From: Balanoglossus misakiensis
Taxonomy: Eukaryota > Animalia > Hemichordata
Direction: 5' to 3'
Assembly (NCBI GenBank): GCA_040954595.2
Contig: CM082579.2
Coordinates: 11,273,625-11,337,624, forward strand
Length of the DNA: 64,000 nucleotides
Program-made: the position numbers and the translations under genes
The notes under the pieces: model-generated
Database searches by the model: none
Told to the model about the DNA's origin: nothing
What the model saw: the letters and a program-made list of their open reading frames with translations, nothing else
Shown: positions 29,101 to 40,447 of the stretch, in pieces
Layout: the number at the start of each line of letters is the position of its first letter
Numbering within the stretch: the stretch's first letter is position 1

Positions 29101-32100
29101 ACTGAAAAAAGCTGCGCGGATTTGTTGCTGGGCAGATTTGAACTTTTAGATGAAATGAGGGAGGCATTTCCACATTTTATTTGCCATGAAATTACTTCTT
29201 AACCAAATCGTATTATCTTAAGATGTATATGGAAATCAGCGATTCACTTTTGCCGCCGTTTTCACTAAAATTGGAACACATCTGATTGTGAATTGACTTG
29301 AGCCGATTATTCTTTATGTCACTATTTCTCAACAAAGAAGACCTGCCAATCATTCTCAGCAGTTTTGTAAAAAAATGAACTACACACACATATGCTATTA
29401 AGAGTCGATGATGAGGTGGTATAATGGAAACACAGTGCTATACGTAGGTGACACAGTATCAACTATCTCTTTATCCGGTGATGGATTTTATCCTTTGGGA
29501 GTGGCTAGGTGTGCATTGCCACTGGACTCTTCAACACCCACTCTCTCCCACGTTGAACACAGTAAAGGCTAAAAGTTGGATACACCGTGTTCATCGTGTT
29601 CATGCTCCATCTACTTTCGACACACATCTACTCATATCAATATCTGAATCTTCCAGTGTTTGTTTGATATCACTCGCGCATTAATGGAACTTGAAAGTCA
29701 CATATTTATTTTCTCGCGGAAAATAAACAATGAATGCGATCAATTTAACTTGACATTGTACAAGAGTTAAAGAGTGATATCAGAAAGAATATCGGAGGAG
29801 ACTTTTTTTGCGCAATCATAATGAATGTATTTATTTCACGAACCTTACATTGTAAGGTAAACTGGACTCACATAAAAAAATTGGACATTGTGAAAGATGT
29901 ACATGACAAAGAGTGCTTATATCCCATCAACCGACAAACACCCATTAACATTTACTTCTCCCATTAAATCTGACACGAGTAATTACTTGCCTAACCTTTA
30001 GTCTGCATTCACAGCTTGCCATGTTTAAGTTCGCCCATCAGTCAGTAAATGCTAGAAGTAGCAGAGCTACGGTTGGAATATTCAGATGTATTACATTATC
30101 AGCTTTATGCGTCGAATTGGCGAATTTAGTATACGTTCTACAGTATGACCCAAAGCAATGATAGTTGCAACAATTTGCGCGTTTAATGGACTCCTTCTGA
30201 TGGGGTGTTTCATTAGAGTTCCATTACTCGAAATATCACATGTTTAAGCTAAATTAGTCTGATAACAAATCATATTTTTAAAGATAACAGTGAGTGACAC
30301 AGTGACTAGTTTGATGTTTCTGGTTCTAAGATGTACTTCACAAGTCTTTGTGGCTTATAGACTTAAGCCGGTAAAATGCGCACCTTTTTGATCAGCTTTC
30401 ATTTAAATCAAATGGATGAAGGGCCAGTATATAATTAAATATAGGAGAGACCGGAGACAATTGAGGAAGGGTTTGGCCGGGGATCGCCATTTCATTTCAT
30501 GCATGGATCGTGTGTGTGTGTGTGTGTGGGGGGGGGGGGGGGTCATTTGATTTTGTACAAGGATGGATAATATATTTACTCACTATTAAAATAATGCACT
30601 GTGATTTGAATACATAATGTATTGTCAGTACTATTATAGTTAACTTTTGGGCTGCAAATATAAACTTCTATATCAACAATAATACTCTGACTGACTGACT
30701 GACTATACATACAGGCTGTGTCGATAAGATTAATTATTGGTATTTCTGTAGCGAACATGGAGAGAATGCCATACGCCGTATTCTAATGCAAACTGTCCCT
30801 GTTAATTCTGTCAAGGCCCTATACATAAATTAATATTCTGATGGAAAGGGTTTTATGCCTCATAACCCTTGTGCAAACGAAAACATAGATTTAAAACTGC
30901 CTCTTTAAGGAGAAAATTAATTTCACATTTTAATCGATGGTTTATTTCCTGCCTGTGCCCCATTTATTTAATGTACTATTCGAAACAAAACATTTCTTTG
31001 TTCACGTGTACCCCGGTCGCTGTTTTCATTCAACACTTCTTCTCTTGAAAAAGAGATAGTTAAATTGGACGTTCGTTCAACGCGTGGCTGCAAAGAACAT
31101 CCATGTTGGACGGATGCTCGCCGAGAACACGTCGCCCATCAAACTAATACATAGTACACACAACCGACTCATGGTACTCGAACGAGTGACTCACTTGCTT
31201 TCAGATATGTTAAAAATTGTGAAGCATATTTTGATGTAGTTTGCAGCAAAGCTTACGATAGAGAACTACGATCCCATGGGACTGTTGATTGAAATGTACA
31301 TTCTACCATATGCTGATACTTTACGTATGTTCAGGTTATGTCCAGTCGCTGCGGTCAATGTTATATGTTCGCTAACTGCTTGTGGGGGAAGTATGGATTC
31401 TGGAAGACAGCAGACAAAAAACAAAGATTTGGAACTTTTTCCGCATTTGCAGCGGGACGCGATACTTCGAAATGGCCAGACTCCATTGACATGTCTCTGT
31501 TGATGACAGCCAATCAGATCTCTCCGTTGCAGACTATCCGTCAACAGTAAAGGAAGTCATTATTTGCTCAACGTTTTTTTGGGGGGATAATCAAGTAAAG
31601 ACCTGACAGCATGCCATAGCTTGACGCTGCTTCGATGAGATGTAATCGTAGACGGTAACTGAAAAAATGCACTCTCCATCTAATCTCATCCTCAAAGAAG
31701 ACGTTCTCTTTTTGCCTCTGACAAGCGGGCTCCATCAGCTTTCAGATAAATTGTAAAGTTCGTCCCGTCGTCACAATTTGATGGAGCCAAACCCACACAA
31801 CCAATTGTCAAACAAGAGACATTGGGCTTCTTAAAGGATATTGTGTTGTCAGCGACTTCCAATATTTCACAGACGGTGACACAAATGCGTTTGCCGCTAC
31901 TATGAGTGTATTCATTATCAAAATTAAGCAATTCTGGAGATGGACCCAAACTGTGCAATTTAGAGATGGACTCAAATCGACACTGCCATTAGGGTCTAAC
32001 GCTGCAATCTGCTTTTCACGTGTGGGATCATAATTAAGATAAAGTTCGTTCAGACAATTTTTTAGTCTTCATTCGAAAGATAAAAAAATATGGAGCTGTC

Positions 32101-32322
32101 TATTACAACAGTTGAACAAGAGGAATAAAATTTGATGGAGGTTATATGCTCCAAATGTCATCTGTACTTTCAAATCGAGTCTGACACGTCAACCCGTATG
32201 CTTCTAGGTCAAACTATAATGGTGTTTGAATTGCAATTACGTGAACAATGCAACTCATTTTTATCAAAGTTCCAAACATACTTTATATTAATCACTCTTT
32301 CTTGTGTTTTTTATCATTGTAG

Positions 32323-33705
32323 ATTGACAATGTTATTGATTGCTCGGAGCTTGTCCACCAAGATACCAATTCCGAGAAAATTGTACATAAATGCCAAAAC
32401 GAGGCACTATCCTCCAAATCAACAAGCCGATCTCAAGATGGACATCAACTACAAGATGAGGATGACGACTCATTTGACAAGAAGGCAGCAAAGACGTTTT
32501 TCGGGGTTCCTCTGAAAAATGGACGAGCAAATAACATTGATGAACGCGCTGCCAAGTCTTTCTTCGGATTTCCTTCTAGACCAGACCGCTCCCAAAGTGA
32601 CAGTGAACATAAAGTTCCGTCAAGCAAACGGAAATCGTACTTCGGTATGCCCTCCATGAATGGTCGCTCTGTCGGTGACGCGGAGAATGGTGCGGCAGAT
32701 CAAATTGACGCCGACGAGGAAAAAAGAAAAGCTTTCTTCGGCATACCGTGGCGCGATCAACGTGGCGACGAGGCGTTGTTAGACCAAGTCCCCTCTAGAG
32801 ATTTCTATGGATTGCCAAACAGTATAACGAGCAGTGACATCGCCCAACGTTCATCCAAAAGTTTCTTCGGATTCCCCTCTGCTATTGGCAGATCGGTCGA
32901 TTCAGATAAACGCGCCAGCAAGTCATTCTTTGGCATCCCTTCAAAGTACTCTGGTGGTGATCACGAATGGGTCGTGGGAAAGAGAAAGTCCTTCTTTGGA
33001 TTACCGAATCAGTCTGGTCGTAGCGCTCCCGATGTTCCTGTGCAAGTCAGTGAAAGAAAAAGTTTCTTTGGAATGCCGTCTGCTACCGGACGATCTGTAG
33101 AAGAAGCACGTGGCGAAGTGGCAGCCTATCACCCTAATGAGATGGACGAACGAGCTTCTAAAAGCTTTTTCGGTATGCCCATGGCAGGTCGTTCTGTAGG
33201 AGAAGCCGACACATATGACGGTTACCAATCTGAACTGGTGAAGAGACTTGGCGGACACAGAAAGGCGTTTGTCGGAATGCCAATGGCAGTCGGTAAGAGA
33301 ATCCACGGGGAAGACATCGACGATACACATGCACGTGACCGTCGTTCACCAGAAACCACTGAGTTGGAAGACAACCTCATCAATGGTAATGAGATAGACG
33401 ACGAAAACCAAGTTAGTAAGAAAGCAAACCTGGCCCATTTATACGCTAGAGGCAAGCTGTACGCCGGTATGCCAGTAGCCACTGTCAACCGAAGTGATCG
33501 ATACAGACCACAGTCGAAGAGGTCTGCTGCCGTCGTTCAAGCTTTGCCAACTATAGACAAGAGTGGCATGGTAGAAAAACGCTCGCAAAGACGAAGAAAA
33601 CTGTTCTCTGGGATGCCGACAGCTTTCAGACGTGCTCGCCCAAACTATAACAGTGCAGCTATCACCGGTAAACTTTTCATGGGAATGCCTGTACCAGAAT
33701 TTTAA
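32323..33705 (+). CDS. Coding exon 2 of a neuropeptide/prohormone-like precursor with 14 K-x-[F/Y]-x-G-x-P peptide copies
   Basis: Pyrimidine-rich acceptor ...ttatcattgtag|ATT at 32322/32323. The frame is open for 460 codons to TAA (108 codons upstream of the track's ATG at 32647). Repeated units such as KK-AAKTFFGVPLKN-GR, KR-KSYFGMPSMN-GR, KR-KSFFGLPNQS-GR and ER-ASKSFFGMPMA-GR are separated by acidic spacers, which is classic prohormone organisation. Confidence 0.92.
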   Translation: MDNVIDCSELVHQDTNSEKIVHKCQNEALSSKSTSRSQDGHQLQDEDDDSFDKKAAKTFFGVPLKNGRANNIDERAAKSFFGFPSRPDRSQSDSEHKVPSSKRKSYFGMPSMNGRSVGDAENGAADQIDADEEKRKAFFGIPWRDQRGDEALLDQVPSRDFYGLPNSITSSDIAQRSSKSFFGFPSAIGRSVDSDKRASKSFFGIPSKYSGGDHEWVVGKRKSFFGLPNQSGRSAPDVPVQVSERKSFFGMPSATGRSVEEARGEVAAYHPNEMDERASKSFFGMPMAGRSVGEADTYDGYQSELVKRLGGHRKAFVGMPMAVGKRIHGEDIDDTHARDRRSPETTELEDNLINGNEIDDENQVSKKANLAHLYARGKLYAGMPVATVNRSDRYRPQSKRSAAVVQALPTIDKSGMVEKRSQRRRKLFSGMPTAFRRARPNYNSAAITGKLFMGMPVPEF

Positions 33706-33920
33706 CGCGTACACAACATGGACTGTCTTCAAGACCAAACCTGACGAAATGATATGTTTTATTTTCAAGTTCTAACACGATCTTGTTAAAACACGACAAA
33801 AGAGAGAACCCACATTTTTTCTGTTTAAAGAGTAATTCTACATATCAACGTCAATGTATACTTCTTCCATTTTAAAGGAGAAGAAATATTAAGATATGAC
33901 CAAATTTTATTTTAACATAT

Positions 33921-33926
33921 AATAAA
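33921..33926 (+). terminator. Candidate polyadenylation signal of the peptide precursor gene
   Basis: AATAAA ~215 nt after the stop codon in an AT-rich 3' UTR. Another AATAAA lies near 34524. Confidence 0.4.
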
Positions 33927-36900
33927 TAACAAATAAGTATACCCATTTATTTCAACACGAAACCATATGATCAAATGTATAACTCTGTATTTAATACTCG
34001 TTGACACACGAATGTATTTCTATATATTTATTTGATCTGAATTTAGGTGTTGGGATGGGATAACAAATTAAAAGTAAGAAGTTAGCCCGGCCAATTTCTT
34101 TAATTCACTATGAATATTGAGAAGTCAATGTTATTTACATATGCTTTAATGTGACTTGTTGTAGTGTCCTAGAATTCGTGCAGACTGTGACGGTAATAAC
34201 AATTGTGTTCACAGCGTATCTCATCATCACGCCTAACCATCGCAGTTGATGTCTAAATATAAACCCATAGCGCCATTTATCACCATTTGATATACCCTAT
34301 TTCACGTATTTTGAAGATGCATGGAGAAAAGCGGATTGATATTGATGAGAAGCATGAGTAATATGGCCTCTTTACGAAATGAGCAGTACAACATTGGTAT
34401 CATACATACTTGCAAACACAATGTATAGTAGGGTATTTATACCACAATACGTGGCTACTGTATACTACATGTACACGGATCACTGTATAGCCGAGCACTG
34501 CTCGGAGACACCACATAAATGCAAATAAATTGGAAGTTTGCAAGTACTTCACACCGATCAATGACAATCTCTTTCATTGCTTTACCTTGTGACAGCTGTC
34601 ACTCATTGATATATCGGTACCATAGTCATGTACCATGCATTGATTTTGATGGAGGATGTCTGCCTAGCAGAAAGAAATGCATAGTTTGAAAACTAAGCAT
34701 AGGTTCCACCGAATTCGTCATTGTGACACTGTCATTATAGTTTAAGCTTTGTCACTGCCCCTCGCATACATTGTAGCTTGCCCTGGTAGTCATTGATCTT
34801 GATAAATATAATTCACACTTTGGGTCAAGGTGTTCTTATTATTTCTTAGAAAATGAGTGTCGTCTTCACATTGATTTTTACAAGACATTGTAAGACGGAT
34901 CCTGACGAGCTTAGCACTCAATACATGACACACTAGGCCGGATAAATTTAGTCTGCTGATCTTCCAGCTGAAACAGGTGATGAAATTTGGTTGATCTTTA
35001 CTGAAAACTGAAAGCATTAACTCACTAAACTACATTTTTGTTGATAGAGTATTCTTGTTTGTACTTGAGATATGAACACGGATGCACGCGTACACGAACC
35101 GTGCGAATTGTAACATTACAGGCAACGCAATAGACCGAGTAAATGTTGACCGCATTTTCTATCACATCCGTACTGTCGGTAGATGTCTCATTTGCCTTCA
35201 TTAAATTTTGGCGCAAAACGTGTCGTTTCCACGCGAACGTCAGGAATACGCAGTTTCATTGATTGACTGTATTAATGGCTTGTATGACTTGTACAGTGTG
35301 GCGTTGTTATTATCATGTCGCGGTGTATGCTATAAAGAAACCCGCAACGTTTTGGCAGAACTTTGACAACTTCAGTCACGTGAAAAAGCGCAACGCATTG
35401 TCAAGATCATTGTTATTTTTATGCTACAACAACACGACTGGCGGGAACTAGCTCGCATAGAGTTCTGGAAATGCACATTGACAGTTATATGTACAAAATG
35501 AAACGAGTAATGTAATTTTCAATTTCGACCGAGTTAAAAAGTAAACGAGTTTCTGTACGGATTGAACTAAATTACCAGTCTTTTTTTTCTCCTGTAGAAA
35601 AACACACATTTCCATACATCGCTGCCATCTGTCTAGTCATGCATTTATGAATGAAAACAGAAAATGCATCAGATGCTCATTTAGTTGGATAAAGTGGAAT
35701 GTGTACATGATATCTTTCACGACACAACTTTCACAACTTTACATCAAGTAAACTGAAACCAGAGTTTTGACTCCAACTGACCTGCCCATTTACCCTTGAT
35801 TCACTAATGATAAGCTTACACATTTTTCACAGTAATAGGAGCACACTAACTAGGAAAAGGCAGTATCCCTACTCATTCTTCAGTTCTGTGAAAATATTAA
35901 CTCCGCGACTTCAAAATAAATATTTATGTGAACTACAATGTTAAAAGCTGCCAACGCGCCAAAGTGGTTCGTAATTTTGATAATTTTAAAACGAAGTCCG
36001 TTTTGTTTGGACCAAAACAATTCTGTTTATGAGGGCAACCACACTGCGCATGTCACGCACCAACATAATGAACCATTGAATGATCCTCGAGATAATTGGG
36101 ACTGTTGAACACTCCAACGACCAACTCTTTTTATTTTTAACATTGACTGGCATGTATGATTCTGTTTTTGTTCGTGTCAGCTCTGTATTCTGTATAACTT
36201 GTTAGATATAGGCATTTCAATTAAACATATCAATATTGTGAAACCCGTATTGCAAGATAACATCTTCTTTTGTTCGACATTTGAGGTGTCACTGTAGAGC
36301 ATTTCTTCGTTTTCCAGATGTCATTCATTAAACATATCTATGTTCTTAAAGATTCGGTCACATCATTAAAAACAATGAAAAGTGTAATATGATAAAACCT
36401 GGATGTGGGACAAAAGTAGAAATCATATATGCATGATCAAAATGCCATTTTTTGTTGAATATTTTTTTGTGAGCAAATAAAAAGCTAATAAAAATTGTCC
36501 GAATGTACCCTATAAAAGTCATCGATGGTGTGCATATTCGTAAATTTACGTAACTGGCCAATAGCCATGTCATCTACCCAATCGCAAAACGAACAAACTC
36601 TGTTTCCAGATGCTGCCGTGTACAATGTCAAATCAGCCGTATCTTGACAATATCCCGTGAAAATCCTTTTGACGGTTTTCTAAACGTTGGAAAAACTCAA
36701 ACAGTTACATGACATCTTAAATCAAGGAGATTGGCTCCGACCTCCACCAGCAACAGAATACAATCTTTTGAACAGATATCATCGCCACCTTTTAGCTGAT
36801 CTTTCATGGTTTGTACATGTTGGTCAATTTGCATCTGAAATTGCCCCTTTTAAATTCTCGTGTTCAGCACTCGGTTGTGTTGTTTTTGGCCTTATCTTTA

Positions 36901-38776
36901 AACAAGCAATTACACCTTACATAAAGTTGTATTAGATAGCCACTCGTGTCCAGAGATAAGTAGTGTACACCGAAATTCACGGGCCACACTCCTGAGAAAA
37001 GACAAATCCGATGAGTTAAATAGTATTACTGGGATTACTGCGGAAGCCCCACTTGAGTGCATGTGACTGGCGCCAGCAACTCTGCTCACAGCTATAGTGT
37101 CTCGCCATCGGAGTGTCTAGTTCTCCTTTACATAAGTACACTATAGTCAATATCCCATTCCGTTCCGTAGTTGTAAGATACAAATACTAAATACGTTAAT
37201 CCTGCAGTCAGGATATAATATTATGATGGTGGGTGGTTGAACAGTTGTGATGGCTCTACAAATGTTTAAACTTGACTCTGACCTTCATTGCCAGTTTTCG
37301 TGGGCTAAAGTAATGAGCTTCATTCTTTCCTTAAAAAGTCAAGAGATTGCGTCTTCTGTCGCGACAGAATAAACAACAACGATTCCGCTGAATTATTTCT
37401 TGCTTGATTTTTACGCTTAGAGGATAATACCAAATTTTGATAGAACGAGGACAGAGAACATTTTAATTGGGTGAGTTCAGAGTTCTTTTGCATTACGTGG
37501 TTTTCTAAATATCAGACAATTTGAATGAATAAACCGCTCTCGGTTGTTTGTTAAAACGATTGTGAAATCTCGTCGCCAAAACAAAAGATGGCAAAGACAC
37601 AACTCCCACGCCTACAGGTTTTCTACGTTGAAGTGGAAAGGAACAGAAAAGAACTGGCGCCTGAACGGCGCATTTTGCTTTGTGTCTTTCCCTCGGTCTT
37701 TCTGCCTGATTGTTTAAACCTCAATGACAAACTTGATAATCAATATTTATTATTTTGCTCATCTTCGACGAAACGGCTTATTACCCCTGCGATATACAGT
37801 CAAATGCATTAAAGCTTAATGGGAATTGTCTAATTAGAAATGCCTTTAGAGGGAAATCAAATCTTTAGACGGGGTTTTACGAAGGTTGTGACCTTACAAA
37901 TACAAGCGTGGATGGCAGATAATTACTCGTACTGGTTCTAGCATCGCGCAATGCAAGCACGATGTATTCCACTAATGGCTGATTGAACCTTCTATGGCTG
38001 ATGATACAAATTTCGTGTGGTGACGACTAGGGTTTAAAATCCGAGTTTGTGTGGCTCAACCTTCGCTCTATACCAATCGCGAATATGGACATTTCGACAA
38101 ATTGAATATACAGTGAAGGTTATGGCATCGCCAGTTTCTAATATGTTGCAAATATGCAAACGACGTGATTTAAACCCATGAAGAAGAAATCAACTAGAAA
38201 TGTTACTGGGAATTTAGCCATAGATAGAAAGACACTCACGTGCAAAATTCCATTATCTGAAAAAAACACCGATGACTTACTATAGAGTAAATATTCTGGA
38301 GTAGCCTTATGCCTACACTGTAGGCAACTGTGTTTGGCTTTCTCGGCTTGGTTCCGATTTTTTAATTAATCATTTAATTTCTAGTTGAGTGGTTATGATA
38401 AGTCGTTTGGGGGAATTTGGTATTTAAAACTTATGATCAGACTTCCAGATTTCACTGGGAAATTTCCTACAAATTTTCTGTATCTAGTTTCAGTATTGTA
38501 TGACAAAGAAAGGACAGAAAACCATGGAAGTACGTGTGTATCTACTATAATGTCTCTTTGGTGAATATCTAAATTGAATCTGATTGTCGTCTCTTTCTAT
38601 TCAGCCAAAATTGAGAACATTAAGTATTCTTTTTGCAATTGTATATAACGCAGTGTATTTACAGAAATGCCAGAATTTCATGATAATTTCCTTAAACACT
38701 AAGCAAATTATAAAAATTCAATCTATTCCGTCTAAACCTTATTGATTTGCATAAATGTGATACCGACAGAAGACAT

Positions 38777-38801
38777 ACAGGCAGGCAGGCAGGCAGGCAG
38801 T

Positions 38802-38848
<47 letters not shown>
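38777..38848 (+). repeat. (CAGG)n(CAGA)n microsatellite
   Basis: Direct reading: caggcaggcagg...cagacagacagac. Likely the tail of a non-autonomous element. Confidence 0.85.
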
Positions 38849-39210
38849 TCCTTCAGAAAACGACTAACCCCATGATAACCTCCCGATAGGCTTATACCAA
38901 ATGGGGCTAAAATGACGCAAAGCTTACTTTCGCTTTAAATTGTAAGTCACACTATAGTCAAATGGTTCCTTTTCCCTACAGATAAGATGTGGGGTTTTAC
39001 AATCGGTAATATCAAGAATCACTCATACCCAATTATTTTGTCTAAACAATTTACAGTCAAGCGATTCTTCTGTGACCTTCAGTCTTCTGTCGATAAGAAA
39101 CCTTTATTTCGGGCCTCAGATACAATTCACCTGATCTTATGACTGGATGCTACAGTTATTTCTTTTTATAATCAAAGAAAAAAATTGATTCTCAGAGCAA
39201 GTATGCTATT

Positions 39211-39406
39211 TTAATGGTATTCGGTCACCTCTAATTTACATATGCCTATATATGATGAAAAGGGCGAGTCTAAGTGTGTTCGAATGACCATGTGGTGGAG
39301 AACATTTTTTTCGCGTGTGTCACCCATCAAAATTCGGTGATTGGCTGTATTTGAATTTCCAATGGCAACAGTAGTTAGATTTGCATTGGTGACCGTGTAC
39401 CTTTAA
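39211..39406 (-). mobile_element. TTAA-flanked MITE (Kolobok/T2-like), family A copy 2
   Basis: Terminal inverted repeats ttaatggtattcggtcacc ... ggtgaccgtgtacctttaa with TTAA at both ends. No coding capacity. Second copy at 19955-20136. Confidence 0.75.
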
Positions 39407-40317
39407 TGTATGCATATATGAAAACAACGATGCGAATTCAGTAAATCAATTTTTATTTAAAAATAAAATATTCGAATCATGTCAGTAGTTTCTTCTGTTC
39501 TCGTGCTCTGGTTAAGACGTGTCCGTTGTCATGACAATATAAGTTGGAACGCGCCTAACAATAACACTTACAGGAAATCCAATACAAAATGAACCGAATG
39601 TCCGTTTCTGAACCAGAGCAAAATGATAAATCGATGCAAAACGCTTTTGTAAAATGCGTTTCTTATGCAGAAAAGCAATCGATCAGCCTACAACATAGCT
39701 GTCTTCCGTTCATATTTTGCAAGAATGATTGATTGATGAGATCAAATGACGGAAAGGTAAATGGCAAACACGGAAGAGTTAATAAGCAATATTCAATTCA
39801 AAATTGGCAGCGAGCTTACATAAAAAATCACAATCGTTAACAAAAGAGGTTCCGAAGCAAGAAACGTTATATTTCAAACTACAGAGACTGAGTGCAGTGG
39901 TAAAAGAACCGAAATATTTTTTAGAATTTCGTTAAATGTTCTTCCTTTTGAAAGGATATGTTAATATCGGACAGGTTGTTCTCTCCCTTACCCTATACAA
40001 TTTGGTCTATCACAACTGTTGACTGATTTTGTACATCATTGGACATGTGGGTCCAGGCGTTATATGAATCACATGCTTCTGATGAAATGGCAGCGATAGA
40101 ACTGCCTTACGGTTATGCTTCGAAGTGTATATTATGCAGAAAATAAATTTACTCGTTGTACACGGCCAAAGCCAGCGTTGATTAATCATCACAAATGTAA
40201 AACCAAATGCGTCAGTCACGCAGTGTTAACATAGTCGATATTATATTTACTGGGTGAATGGTAAACAAAATAGCTTATTCAATGAAGGCTTCACTGAATC
40301 TTTTATCGCAGAAACAC

Positions 40318-40394
40318 GACGATGATGATGATGATGATGACGATGACGATGACGATGATGATGATGGTGATGATGATGATGATGATAATGATGA

Positions 40395-40446
<52 letters not shown>
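40318..40446 (+). repeat. Compound trinucleotide microsatellite (GAT)n-(GCT)n-(GAT)n
   Basis: Direct reading. It is the source of the poly-D, poly-M, poly-H and poly-I pseudo-ORFs in the track. Confidence 0.95.

Positions 40447-40447
<1 letters not shown>

Noticed and set aside
31276-31550. ORFs just upstream of exon 2 as the precursor's first exon
   Set aside because: No convincing signal peptide or strong phase-0 donor; exon 7442-7528 fits much better.
32647-32649. Track ATG as the start of the 352-aa precursor
   Set aside because: It is an internal Met within a peptide unit (YFGMP). The frame is open 108 codons further upstream to a splice acceptor, and no signal peptide follows this ATG.
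32333-33768. Overlapping antisense and alternate-frame ORFs over the precursor exon
   Set aside because: Shadows of the real coding frame with no independent motifs.
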